This document shows, in pieces, positions 48,096 through 57,758 of a DNA stretch of 64,000 nucleotides (its first letter is position 1; the number at the start of each line of letters is the position of its first letter). The DNA is from Patescibacteria group bacterium. GTDB lineage: Bacteria > Patescibacteriota > Minisyncoccia > Phycocordibacterales > Phycocordibacteraceae. The position numbers and the translations under genes were made by a program. The notes under the pieces were generated by a model. That model saw only the letters and a program-made list of their open reading frames with translations. It was not told the origin of the DNA and ran no database searches. The stretch covers positions 248,486 through 312,485 of the forward strand of contig JAIELV010000001.1 in NCBI GenBank assembly GCA_019752595.1, given 5' to 3'.

Positions 48096-48476
48096 TCACG
48101 CAAGTTTACTACTCTTGTATACGTGCGGCTCGTGCGGCTCGATAAAGTCAAAACGCACTTTCATTTTTTTCAACTCGTCAGCAATAGCTGTTTGGTCGTA
48201 TCCTAAAAATACGATGTCGGGCTGTGCGTTTTTTAAAACACTCCAGCTCCCCTGCTCATCATCCCCCTGTATCGTGCGTATGCGATTATCAAAATCAGAA
48301 ACTGCACGAGCGCGTTCGACAAACAAAACGCGGGGACTTTTCCCTTTTAAGATTTCAACCGCGATGTCTGATGCGACAACGACTAACAGTTCATCAGTTC
48401 GCTTTAAAGCCTCCTTTAAAAAGAATTTATGTCCTTCATGAAAGCCGTCAAAAACTCCAAAGACGAGCGCCACCAT
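48096..48476 (-). CDS. Cytidylyltransferase-family protein (RibL FAD synthase-like)
   Basis: FGVFDGFHEGH, LGYDQ, YKSSKL. Confidence 0.8.
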   Translation of the reverse strand: MVALVFGVFDGFHEGHKFFLKEALKRTDELLVVVASDIAVEILKGKSPRVLFVERARAVSDFDNRIRTIQGDDEQGSWSVLKNAQPDIVFLGYDQTAIADELKKMKVRFDFIEPHEPHVYKSSKLA

Positions 48477-48478
48477 AT

Positions 48479-49588
48479 TTACAAAGAAAGATACGGAGCG
48501 GGGGTTAAATTACGCGCGCCTTTTTTTGTGATGAGCACGTCATCTTCAATTCGTACTCCGCCGAGATTGGGAATGTAAATTCCAGGCTCATTACTCATCA
48601 CTGTTCCTGGGAGGAACGCATCGTGCGCGTAATTATAGGGATCGTGCGTTTCAAGTCCCACGCTATGCCCAAGCCCGTGCGTAAAATACGCGCCGTACCC
48701 TTTCTCTGTTATGTACTCGCGCGCCACTGCGTCGTACTCTTTCCATGTCATTCCTGAAGTAAGCGCACGAAATGCTTTCGCATTTGCCTCGCGCACAATG
48801 GTGTATATGCGCATAAGCTTTGCATGTGGTTTTTTCCCAGGGACAAATATCGTTCGCGTTATGTCTGAGCAGTATCCACCATCAAATACCCCACCGAAAT
48901 CTAAAACAACTGGATCACCCGCTTTGAGGCGACGATTACCTGTCTCATGGTGTGGAATAGCAGAGTTCGCGCCCGAAGCGACAATGGTATCGAAGCTATT
49001 TTTAAGCGCCCCCTGTTTTCGTAGCTCACTATCAATGATCTGCGCTACTTCTCGCTCCGTCTGTCCTGCCCGTATACGCTTCTCTACAGCCATAAAAGCT
49101 TGGACGGTCATTTTCCCCGCACGAGAAAGGAGGCGAATTTCCTCTGCATCTTTCACCTGGCGTTCTTGTTCCACCATTCCCTTTGTAGGAACAAGCTTGC
49201 AGGAAAGCTCCTTTTTCCATACTCCTGCCATCGCATAAGAAACTCGATTGCTTTCAAAGCCGATACGTGACTTTTTAGAAATATGTAACTCCTGCAGAGC
49301 CGACGCCGTATACGATATAAAATCCGCTTTCTTTTTTAAATCTTTTTTAATCTCTGCTACACGCACGCCGAGCGCTTCACGCTCTGCTCGAAGGGTATAC
49401 CGCGGGTCAACAACAAGCACTGCTTCTTTTCGAGTAATCAGGAGCGCGCCCGTGGTACCGCCAAATCCGGTGAGGTAGCGAACGTTTTTGCTGCTGTCTT
49501 CAATAGTAACAACAAGGAGGCCGTCAATTTTTTCTTTCTGCAATCGGGCGCGAAGTGCATGTATTCTTTTTCGGTGTATGTTTTTCAT
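48479..49588 (-). CDS. Xaa-Pro aminopeptidase (M24B)
   Basis: AIPHH, DFGG..SDITRT, HGLGHSVG..HD, NEPGIY, GVRIED. Confidence 0.95.
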   Translation of the reverse strand: MKNIHRKRIHALRARLQKEKIDGLLVVTIEDSSKNVRYLTGFGGTTGALLITRKEAVLVVDPRYTLRAEREALGVRVAEIKKDLKKKADFISYTASALQELHISKKSRIGFESNRVSYAMAGVWKKELSCKLVPTKGMVEQERQVKDAEEIRLLSRAGKMTVQAFMAVEKRIRAGQTEREVAQIIDSELRKQGALKNSFDTIVASGANSAIPHHETGNRRLKAGDPVVLDFGGVFDGGYCSDITRTIFVPGKKPHAKLMRIYTIVREANAKAFRALTSGMTWKEYDAVAREYITEKGYGAYFTHGLGHSVGLETHDPYNYAHDAFLPGTVMSNEPGIYIPNLGGVRIEDDVLITKKGARNLTPAPYLSL

Positions 49589-50157
49589 CTCTTGTGCGCT
49601 TGTGGTACCAAGACATCACGAAGTACATATGCAACAGCGGTTGCAAGAATGACAGCACCCACATAGACAGCGAGAATTGCTTCGTATTCGTACGGTATAG
49701 ATTTAAACGCGCCAAGAATAATAGCCGAAACCCACGATACCGCTGAGAGCACACCACTTCCGATGAGTGCTAATTTCCAGAATTTTGACCGATGCGCGGT
49801 TAATGATTCATTCAAGCGCTTTTTCATTCTTGGGATATGCACCGCATGCAAAAGGAAACCGTTTGCAATCAAAATCGTAACCACAGTCATCTTTACTAAA
49901 AATTTTGACGACGCCAAATACTTCTCAGGGTCAAGGGAGAAAAGGAATGCGCCTGAGACGACAAGAACCACAAGACCTATGGTGACGCAGTATCCGCCAA
50001 TCTCGATAAAACCCATTTCTGTTTTTGTGATTTTGTTATCCCGCACTGCTTTTAGAAACAAAAGGTCAGACACAAAAGCTCCACCCGCGCCAAACGCGAT
50101 GCCTAAGAGGTGGCCGATAAGATACACCGTTCTTGGGTCAATGAATGAAAAATCCAT
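49585..50157 (-). CDS. Hypothetical multi-pass membrane protein
   Basis: About five hydrophobic segments; His residues in TM1 and TM3. Confidence 0.75.
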   Translation of the reverse strand: MDFSFIDPRTVYLIGHLLGIAFGAGGAFVSDLLFLKAVRDNKITKTEMGFIEIGGYCVTIGLVVLVVSGAFLFSLDPEKYLASSKFLVKMTVVTILIANGFLLHAVHIPRMKKRLNESLTAHRSKFWKLALIGSGVLSAVSWVSAIILGAFKSIPYEYEAILAVYVGAVILATAVAYVLRDVLVPQAHKR

Positions 50158-50160
50158 AGG

Positions 50161-50316
50161 CTACCACTCTCTACGTACAAAAAGATACACCGATAAACAC
50201 AGTAAAAAAACAAGAGAAATGATAAATGCCGTCTGGAGAGAAAGGAGCGAGGTTGCAAGAACGACGATGAGCGCGAGTAGTGGAATCGCGCCTTCAACCT
50301 GATTCTGCGGTTTCAT
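50161..50316 (-). CDS. 51-aa two-TM peptide, not in the ORF track
   Basis: MKPQNQVEGAIPLLALIVVLATSLLSLQTAFIISLVFLLCLSVYLFVRREW; TATAGT-N6-ATG. Confidence 0.65.
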   Translation of the reverse strand: MKPQNQVEGAIPLLALIVVLATSLLSLQTAFIISLVFLLCLSVYLFVRREW

Positions 50317-50334
50317 CCTGAAACTATACCAAAG

Positions 50335-50574
50335 TTACTGAGGTTCGGCAGGCACAAAACGCGGATGAGTGATTCCATCTTGCCACAAAACAGGCTCTAA
50401 AAATTCATCTGTATTCCGCACATAGACTGCCCCATCTTTCTCCGCGCGGTACACCACAACACTCACCCCATCAGCAGCATTGGTCGCATTTTTTGCAACA
50501 GCAACAACGGTATACATGCCCCCTTTGTAGTGTTGATACCGTGCGCCTTCCTGTATATCTGTGACGTCACTCAT
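50335..50574 (-). CDS. DUF1653-domain protein
   Basis: YQHYKGGMYTVVAVA..VVVY..VYVR..EF. Confidence 0.85.
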   Translation of the reverse strand: MSDVTDIQEGARYQHYKGGMYTVVAVAKNATNAADGVSVVVYRAEKDGAVYVRNTDEFLEPVLWQDGITHPRFVPAEPQ

Positions 50575-50624
50575 ATACTCACGCACTTGCAGAATCAGGG
50601 TATTTCCAAACTTTTGCTCGGATG

Positions 50625-50990
50625 CTAACTCGCTGCTTCATCTACAACAGAAACGCGACAACCAGGATGTGTTTCAATACCGTTTTCGACCACGAAACCG
50701 CTAAAGTCTTTTATAGAGAACGAAACGCCTACATCATTTGCAAACGTAATACCTGAATCGTCGGCTGATATTTGCTTCAGTGTAATGACTCGATTATCCG
50801 AAAGTGAAATGCGTGCCACGTTGTCTCCGAATTCAGCCACAAGATTTTTACCGTTCGCGCACACGTACTCAATCGGTGCTCGATATTTATTATTGTCCAA
50901 AAGCGTGTTCCCTCCGAGGAAATACACAACGGCCAGTGCACCGAGGAGAACAAGTATCAGAACCCCGACAATGATGCTTATTGTTTTCAT
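50625..50990 (-). CDS. Membrane-anchored MliC/PliC-like protein
   Basis: TM, then YVCANGK..LSDNRVITLKQ..SG..F..C. Confidence 0.65.
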   Translation of the reverse strand: MKTISIIVGVLILVLLGALAVVYFLGGNTLLDNNKYRAPIEYVCANGKNLVAEFGDNVARISLSDNRVITLKQISADDSGITFANDVGVSFSIKDFSGFVVENGIETHPGCRVSVVDEAAS

Positions 50991-51024
50991 ATCTTTTAAG
51001 TATAAACGATTACCATTCGCGCTC

Positions 51025-52134
51025 TTATTTTTTCCAAATAGCTTGTGTTGCCTTCCATCCGTATTTGACAATCACTACCAAAAGAAGGAAGTAAAGAATG
51101 TACTGAAGTGCCCAAAGCGCAAGCGCCAGTAGCGTGATGGTGACCCCCTGTACAGCACGGTTTGCGTCGTAGAAGAATTGCTGAACCGCAGCTTTCCATG
51201 AATCGCCTATCGCGTTGCCGTCGACATATTCATTTTTATACACAGACACATTGAAGAACGCATAATTCAACTTATCCGCAGCCTGCACCTTTGCGCGTGC
51301 AAGATATTCAAGTTGTTGATTGATAGAAATGCGCTCTTGGGTAAGGCGCTCAATCGTCATCACTTTACTGTTAATGATTGATGCGAGCGCTTCAGCATCT
51401 CCTGTCTGGGTTGCAAGACGAGCCACTTCGTCGTACGACGCAAGAGCCTTGGTGAGCGTGCTTTCTATTGCTTCTAATTTCTTCTCAAGTATTTCTGTTT
51501 CGGACGTAAAGTCGTCTAACTGTTGTTTGATGGTATAGGTGTTTTCAGAAAGATCGCGCGGGTTCAGATCTTTCAAGGCGTCAAGAACCGCTGAAACGGA
51601 ACCGAGCTCTACTTTGAACGAATAGAAACATCCTGAGTCAGAGATCGACGCATTTTCAAAAATAACTTCTTTCTTTTTTTTCAGATCGGCAATCTGTGCA
51701 CACGTGCCTTCGAGGTTTGTTGTTTCAATCGATGCGCTGTAATCAGAAACCTCATATAGTTCGGCTGTATTTCCTACACTCATCCCAGGACGGGGCGGAT
51801 ATATAGTGGAAGCGTTCCGTGCGGAAAATGCAGGTGCGCCCATACCTCCGCCGTACCCTGAGTCAACAACTGCATACTCTGCACTTCCTTGCATTTTCAT
51901 CATCTCTTCGCTGTACACATTCCCATCACGCTCCCACATCGGCATACCTCCTGGCAGAGAAGGGGCAGAAACACCAGACATTGCACCGCTGTAGGCGACT
52001 TTCTCGAATGAATTCTTCAGATACCCGATTGCCAAAAACGACAGCAGAAGACCTACAACGATAATAATCGCGGTCTTGGTGCCTTCAGAGAGATGTATAT
52101 TAAATTTGGAGAGGAACGCATCAAATGGATTCAT
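51025..52134 (-). CDS. DUF4349-like membrane protein
   Basis: N-terminal TM, ferredoxin-like segment, long coiled coil, C-terminal TM. Confidence 0.65.
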   Translation of the reverse strand: MNPFDAFLSKFNIHLSEGTKTAIIIVVGLLLSFLAIGYLKNSFEKVAYSGAMSGVSAPSLPGGMPMWERDGNVYSEEMMKMQGSAEYAVVDSGYGGGMGAPAFSARNASTIYPPRPGMSVGNTAELYEVSDYSASIETTNLEGTCAQIADLKKKKEVIFENASISDSGCFYSFKVELGSVSAVLDALKDLNPRDLSENTYTIKQQLDDFTSETEILEKKLEAIESTLTKALASYDEVARLATQTGDAEALASIINSKVMTIERLTQERISINQQLEYLARAKVQAADKLNYAFFNVSVYKNEYVDGNAIGDSWKAAVQQFFYDANRAVQGVTITLLALALWALQYILYFLLLVVIVKYGWKATQAIWKK

Positions 52135-52182
52135 ATAAATGAATTTTATCACGTAATGAAACCGCTGTATGATAAAGGCTTC

Positions 52183-53859
52183 ATGAACGTCCTACACCAT
52201 ATGACGAAGCAGGTACCGTTGTTCTTACTGGCACTTATTGCTTTTCTCCCTTTTACGACAAGCGCCGCAGGAATTGAATACGCATCCGTAACGGAAAATA
52301 CAGAAACTGAAGTACTTATTAAGAAATCTACATTTTCAGATACCCTCTTCTATCGTTGCCAGATAGCAGATGGGGCATGCTCTGAGGTTCCTGCAGACAC
52401 AAAAATTCTGGCGCCTGGCGCAAACGCCCAGCCAGCCTACATGACCGCATACCGAAACATCCTGCCCGCAGGTTCAACGCGCTTACTGCAATTTCCTGAC
52501 GTGCGCTACATAGCTTTTTATATTCCTGGTACACAATCACGAGGCAAACGCACGTTCGGCGTGTTAGACACCACCGACCTCTCCGTGTATACGAAAGATG
52601 AAAAACTTGGATATTGGGATTTGCTTTCTGAAGGCATTCGCGTTTTTGCGGTTTCGCCTGATTCAAAAACATTGGTCTACATAGGCGACGCAAAAAATCA
52701 CCCCACGTTGTATAAGGCAGATCTTACAAAGCTCGGCACCAACGGAAAGGAACTGCCGACCGCGAAAATGTTTGCGAAGGACTACACCGTCGCTGACGTG
52801 CAATTTGCAGACAACGATACACTACTCTTCATTGCAAACCGCGAAAGCCCACACGTCTGGAATTTGTATCGCTACACTATTTCAACTGGCGCTCTCAAGA
52901 AAGTTGCTGATAACGCATCTTACGGGGTAAACATTACAAAAGCGGGTTCGGTGTTTCTTTTTGCTGAAGCGGGAGAATTTGGTATTCGGCCTAAAATATA
53001 CGATCCAAAAACTGACACCGTTTCTCAGTTCTCCCACCCCTTCGGAAACGCAGACGCCACGAAAGGAAAAGAAGTAATCAAACTCTCAAACGGTCTCTCT
53101 GGTGTTTTCCTCTTGGAGCCCTCAGGAAAATCGGACACGCTTCTCGTGTGGCTTCACGGTGGTCCCTACCGCCAAACGTCCCTTTTTTATCACCCCTACA
53201 TGAGCTACGGCGGGTATGACTGGATTTTGGAGAAAGTGCGAGATAGCGACGTTGGAGTTTTGAAGCTTGATTACCCTGGCTCATATGGATACGGGCGCAC
53301 ATTCGCAGAATCTCTCATTGGTAAAGTAGGCGTGAAGGATGTAACTGATTCGCATGCGGCGATTACTGATTTTGCCAAAAGAAACGGTTATAAAAATGTA
53401 TACCTCATGGGTAATTCCTACGGCGGTTACCTGGCGCCAAAACTTTTGGTCGACAAACCAAAATCGTACAGAGGCGCATTTGCCATTAACGGCGTAATGG
53501 ATTGGACCACCATGCTGACTGCGCTCGATACTTCTATATTCAACGTGCTGTTCAAGGGCACCGTCGGCGCGGAAAATAACAACTACGATGAGTACAACAA
53601 AGCGTCTATCTACAACAACATTCAAAACCTCACTGGCCAAAAAATGATTCTGATGCACGGCGAGAAAGACATGACTATCGGCAAGCGTCAATCAGAAGGA
53701 CTGGCGACATACATGAACTCAGTGAATGAGCCTGTGGAGCTTATCATCATGCCAGGCGAGGACCACGTGTATAAAAAACCACAAAGTTTCGTACTTCTCT
53801 GCGAGAAAGCTCTTGCGTTTGTAGGTCGTGCAGGGAAAACTGATTGCGACATAATTTAA
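52183..53859 (+). CDS. Secreted S9 (prolyl oligopeptidase family) serine peptidase
   Basis: Signal peptide, beta-propeller, HGGP, GNSYGG, HGEKD, EDH. Confidence 0.88.
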   Translation: MNVLHHMTKQVPLFLLALIAFLPFTTSAAGIEYASVTENTETEVLIKKSTFSDTLFYRCQIADGACSEVPADTKILAPGANAQPAYMTAYRNILPAGSTRLLQFPDVRYIAFYIPGTQSRGKRTFGVLDTTDLSVYTKDEKLGYWDLLSEGIRVFAVSPDSKTLVYIGDAKNHPTLYKADLTKLGTNGKELPTAKMFAKDYTVADVQFADNDTLLFIANRESPHVWNLYRYTISTGALKKVADNASYGVNITKAGSVFLFAEAGEFGIRPKIYDPKTDTVSQFSHPFGNADATKGKEVIKLSNGLSGVFLLEPSGKSDTLLVWLHGGPYRQTSLFYHPYMSYGGYDWILEKVRDSDVGVLKLDYPGSYGYGRTFAESLIGKVGVKDVTDSHAAITDFAKRNGYKNVYLMGNSYGGYLAPKLLVDKPKSYRGAFAINGVMDWTTMLTALDTSIFNVLFKGTVGAENNNYDEYNKASIYNNIQNLTGQKMILMHGEKDMTIGKRQSEGLATYMNSVNEPVELIIMPGEDHVYKKPQSFVLLCEKALAFVGRAGKTDCDII

Positions 53860-53908
53860 TTAGGCTGAAAGCCTTAGTACATTAGAAGTACTCTACGTGG
53901 TGCGCTAT

Positions 53909-54250
53909 CTAGAGCCTGGTACCGAACGCTTCACCTCCGAATGCGAGGGTGAAAAGAAGTATGGAGGCAACGATGAGTGCGAGGAGGAGTACAGTGCAGA
54001 GCGCGAGCATGAGCGCTTCTTTCTTTTTACCTTCCAAAAACCATAAGATAGGTCTTCCAAAAAGAGTGAGGCCCATAACAGCCGCTGAGAGAACAAAGAG
54101 CGTCAGAAATAGAATTGGCGGCAAAAGACTTCCTTCAAACGCATTCACCAGATCCTCCCCTCTCGTCATCACGACGGCAACCAGTGCGATATACGCAACA
54201 GCGCCAAACGCATGTAAAAATCCAAGTTCTATAATTCGTGTTATTTTCAC
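53909..54250 (-). CDS. Hypothetical 3-TM membrane protein
   Basis: Three hydrophobic helices. Confidence 0.7.
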   Translation of the reverse strand: MKITRIIELGFLHAFGAVAYIALVAVVMTRGEDLVNAFEGSLLPPILFLTLFVLSAAVMGLTLFGRPILWFLEGKKKEALMLALCTVLLLALIVASILLFTLAFGGEAFGTRL

Positions 54251-54253
54251 TTA

Positions 54254-55750
54254 TTATATAGTACTCTCCGCATCCTTCGGGAGTTTCACCGAAACTCCTA
54301 CAGATTCTAGGTCTTTTCTGAACTGTCCCGTGTCAGTAAACACGAAGGAACGTATGCCGAGCTTTCGCGCAGCGGCTACATTCACCACATTATCGTCAAA
54401 AAAGAGAGCCTCCGAAGCATCAACAGTAAGGCGCGACAGCACAAGCTTGAATATCTTCGGATCTGGCTTTACTAGTCGCACCTGACTTGAAACGACAATC
54501 TCATCAAACAATGCTGGAACACCATTGGCGGTGCTAATATCCTCGAATAACTTCGGCTGAGAATTACTACAGAGTGCGAGTTTAAAGTTTCTTCTTAATA
54601 TCTTTGTCAGTTCTGCAAGTTCTTCGTTGAAAGTACCTGATGCAATCCATGTTGACCTCACTTCAGGACCCGTTTTCCCCTGTAAAGCGCCAAGAGCAGC
54701 GAAGAAGTCGTCTTCGTTTATTTCCCCTTTATCCGACGGTTCGCAATATCTAGCTTTCATGGCATCTGCCTGCGCTACATCAGGAAATACGGATCGAAAC
54801 CACGGTACGGCGACTTCTGTAAAAAACACTCCGTAGAAGTCGAAAATAATCGCACGCACTGGCCGAGTCCCAGGGACAGCAAGTTTTATACCGCCTGTTG
54901 CGAACACTTTTGCAGCATCGGGGAGATTTGCCACACAAGCAACATAAGAAGCTTCGAGCGCTTTTGATTCAGCCCTGAGCCCATCGCGTTTTCCGCGAAG
55001 CATCTCCACAACCTCTTTGGTCTTCTGAATTTTTTTCTGTATATCCTCATACGTGTCAATTGCTTTCTCCGCAGTATCAAATACAGTGCGCGCATCAGAA
55101 TCATTCTTCTTACCAAGAAGCACATCTTTTGCTACGCCCTCTACTTTTTTAACGACTTTATTTTTTTCTGCTTCAGCCTTCTCTTGTGCCTTTTCTTCTA
55201 AAACTCTAAGTGCTTCTTCGTAAAAAGAAACTTCGTTTTCAGCAAGCGAAAGTTCATACTTTTTTTGGTCAATTGATTCTTGTATGGCATCACAGGTGTT
55301 TCCAGATTGTGCTTCTTTTGGCTGACTTGCTTTCATATACGAATACGCGCCATATATACCTCCGCCTGCAATCGAAAGAAGTCCCAAAAGCCACACCCAG
55401 GGCGCCATGCCTGTTTCTTGAGAGGTTGTTGAAACACTTACTGGCGCTGGTGCAGATTCAGTTTCTGTTACAGGAAGTACGGGTACTACAGGCAAAGGCT
55501 TTGCAGGCTCTGCGGTCGGAACGGGCCGAGGATTTGAAGAACCAGCTGCGCTTGAGGTGGCCAATTCCGCAACAGGCATGCTTTCTGCCTGGGGTTCTGG
55601 TTTGATTTCAGCGGGCGCGCTTTGCGAGCCTGCATCGGCAGGTACTGGTGCGCCCCCTGTGCCCGCATCTGCGGGAACATCAGCGGCAAACGCAGAAGCA
55701 CCAGAAGTTACTAGAAGTACGATTGCAAAGAAAAAAATAAAACGATTCAT
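54254..55750 (-). CDS. Membrane-anchored HAD phosphatase fusion
   Basis: Signal peptide, Pro-rich region, TM, coiled coil, HAD motifs DFYGV / SNS / KPD / FDD. Confidence 0.8.
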   Translation of the reverse strand: MNRFIFFFAIVLLVTSGASAFAADVPADAGTGGAPVPADAGSQSAPAEIKPEPQAESMPVAELATSSAAGSSNPRPVPTAEPAKPLPVVPVLPVTETESAPAPVSVSTTSQETGMAPWVWLLGLLSIAGGGIYGAYSYMKASQPKEAQSGNTCDAIQESIDQKKYELSLAENEVSFYEEALRVLEEKAQEKAEAEKNKVVKKVEGVAKDVLLGKKNDSDARTVFDTAEKAIDTYEDIQKKIQKTKEVVEMLRGKRDGLRAESKALEASYVACVANLPDAAKVFATGGIKLAVPGTRPVRAIIFDFYGVFFTEVAVPWFRSVFPDVAQADAMKARYCEPSDKGEINEDDFFAALGALQGKTGPEVRSTWIASGTFNEELAELTKILRRNFKLALCSNSQPKLFEDISTANGVPALFDEIVVSSQVRLVKPDPKIFKLVLSRLTVDASEALFFDDNVVNVAAARKLGIRSFVFTDTGQFRKDLESVGVSVKLPKDAESTI

Positions 55751-56370
55751 GGGCGACGCACTAAATATCGTATTGAAATCGGAAGAATGCCGCCACAGAA
55801 AATCACAATACCCCCGAAGAGCACAACCACATCAAAGCCAAAGTTGTCACCTACCAAGCCACCCAGTGCGAGTGCGATACCTTGGCAGAGGAACACCATC
55901 GTTTGATACGTACCTACGGTTTCCGTATATTCGTCTTTGCTTATCGTATTAAAGAAAAGTGTGCGCCACGACAAGAGGTTCACTGTGCTCATACAGCCGA
56001 GCACAAACATCACTGCATACAACTGCCACAACTCTGTAGCAAAACTGAGATAGATGTAGCCTGAGCCATATACAAAATTTGCAATCGCCAGTCCCCATAC
56101 TTCGTCCAAATGTCCACGATGTTTATCAAAAAATCTTCCAATAGGAATAGAGATCAGCGCGGCAACGCCTTTGTACATGAGGTAGCCTAGACCAACGTGC
56201 GTTGCACTTCCACCCTCTATGTGTCCAATAACAAAGAGTGCGAGAACAACAGCGATGAACGCATCTGTAGCCCAGAACGTGACATCGTTTAAGGTCAACG
56301 CGCGAAGCATCTTCCCTTTCTTCGAGTCCTGATAAAAATCAAGCCTGTCGGGAGTTTCAAAACTTGCCAT
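55747..56370 (-). CDS. Half-size (6-TM) MFS-like protein
   Basis: PIGRFFDK motif A-like; six hydrophobic segments; about 207 aa. Confidence 0.75.
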   Translation of the reverse strand: MASFETPDRLDFYQDSKKGKMLRALTLNDVTFWATDAFIAVVLALFVIGHIEGGSATHVGLGYLMYKGVAALISIPIGRFFDKHRGHLDEVWGLAIANFVYGSGYIYLSFATELWQLYAVMFVLGCMSTVNLLSWRTLFFNTISKDEYTETVGTYQTMVFLCQGIALALGGLVGDNFGFDVVVLFGGIVIFCGGILPISIRYLVRRP

Positions 56371-56389
56371 TTCAGGAATTGTACCGTAC

Positions 56390-56899
56390 TTAGAAAAGCT
56401 CGGGTATGACAAACGGACCGTTGGTTTCTATCTTTACAAAGCGAACTTTTAGATTGTCTGCAAATTGCCTGTCGGTGTCCCTATCGCCAAACATAAGTGA
56501 GTTCTGAAAATCCACACCTTCCTCAACTGTACCCATATATGGATACAGTCCACCTATTGCTGGTTTTCTGCAAGTGCATCCGTCATCGGGACCATGCGGA
56601 CAGACCATGATGAAATCAAAACTAAGACCGTGCATCGCAAGTTCGTTTTTTATTTTATTCATAACAGCGTCAAAAACATCCTGTGGGTGTTTTTCCGTTC
56701 CAAGAAACGTTTGATTTGTTGCCATCACAAGCGTGTAACCTGCCTCGCGAAGCTTTTTCATTCCTTCAATTGCACCTGGAAGAAACTGAACTTCCTCTGC
56801 GCCTTTCAACGGAAATGTTTCGCGGGGATCAACGCCTTCAGGTTTTTCAGGTTCCCAAATGAATGTCCCGTCGCGATCTAAAATTGCTAGTTTTTTCAT
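56390..56899 (-). CDS. HAD-IIIA phosphatase (HisB-N/GmhB family)
   Basis: LDRDGT, ATNQ, CPH..CTCRKP, GDRDTD. Confidence 0.9.
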   Translation of the reverse strand: MKKLAILDRDGTFIWEPEKPEGVDPRETFPLKGAEEVQFLPGAIEGMKKLREAGYTLVMATNQTFLGTEKHPQDVFDAVMNKIKNELAMHGLSFDFIMVCPHGPDDGCTCRKPAIGGLYPYMGTVEEGVDFQNSLMFGDRDTDRQFADNLKVRFVKIETNGPFVIPELF

Positions 56900-56929
56900 T
56901 TTTTATTTCTACACTCCATCACGCTCATT

Positions 56930-56961
56930 GATAACTGATATGATATATCATATCAGTTATC
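56930..56961. repeat. Palindrome family P1, copy 2 (perfect, 32 bp)
   Basis: GATAACTGATATGATATATCATATCAGTTATC. Confidence 0.95.
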
Positions 56962-57001
56962 TTCAGGGGTTTTTCTACTCTACGTACTAGTAAAGTAACT
57001 T

Positions 57002-57751
57002 TTATTTTAGGGCGCTTGGGTGGTGCACGCTCCACGCATACATAGCAACAGCGGCTGCGGATGCAACATTCAAAGATTCGCAATCAGGATGCATGGGGAT
57101 AGAAAGAAATTGATCACACACTGCTTTTGCGTACCCTGGAATTCCTTCCCCTTCGTTTCCAAGAACAAGTATGGTAGGTGTATCAAATTTTTCAGCAGTT
57201 ACAGGCTTTTTCCCGTCACCTGAAAGTCCGTGAACTTTCATACCTTTTTCTTTAAGTTCTGAAATCGCTTGCTGAGTATTTTCAAGAATCACGAACGGAA
57301 CGCGAAATGCCATACCAGCGGAAGCGCGTATCGCGGCGGGCGTCAGATGCGCCTGTTTTTTTTGTGGTGCCAAAACCGCCGCTGCTCCAAATGCAGCCGC
57401 CGAACGCACGATAGCGCCCACATTGTGCGGATCGGTAACTTCGCCCATGAGTACAAGAAGTGTATCCGTATTCGGTTTGAAATCTCTTACAAACACGCCA
57501 AACGGCATGCCTAAGGATGAAACGGAAATTTGTGCGATAACGCCCTGGTGTGGCGCATTGCCCTCGACTTGCGAAGTAACTTTTCGAAGATCCAGGCGTT
57601 CCGTGGGTACACCTGAATCACGAATGAGTGTCCGTAATTTCGTGTCATCCATCGTAGCCGCGACAAAAATTTTCTTCACAATCTCGGGCATTGAAATCAA
57701 CGCCTCTGCGACCGAGTGCCTTCCGTATATGAATGTTTTTGATTGCGCCAT
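57002..57751 (-). CDS. rlmB: 23S rRNA (Gm2251) methyltransferase, SpoU family
   Basis: IYGRH, HQGV, DPHNVGAIVRSA, GNEGEG, SLNVASA. Confidence 0.9.
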   Translation of the reverse strand: MAQSKTFIYGRHSVAEALISMPEIVKKIFVAATMDDTKLRTLIRDSGVPTERLDLRKVTSQVEGNAPHQGVIAQISVSSLGMPFGVFVRDFKPNTDTLLVLMGEVTDPHNVGAIVRSAAAFGAAAVLAPQKKQAHLTPAAIRASAGMAFRVPFVILENTQQAISELKEKGMKVHGLSGDGKKPVTAEKFDTPTILVLGNEGEGIPGYAKAVCDQFLSIPMHPDCESLNVASAAAVAMYAWSVHHPSALK

Positions 57752-57758
57752 AATTTTG

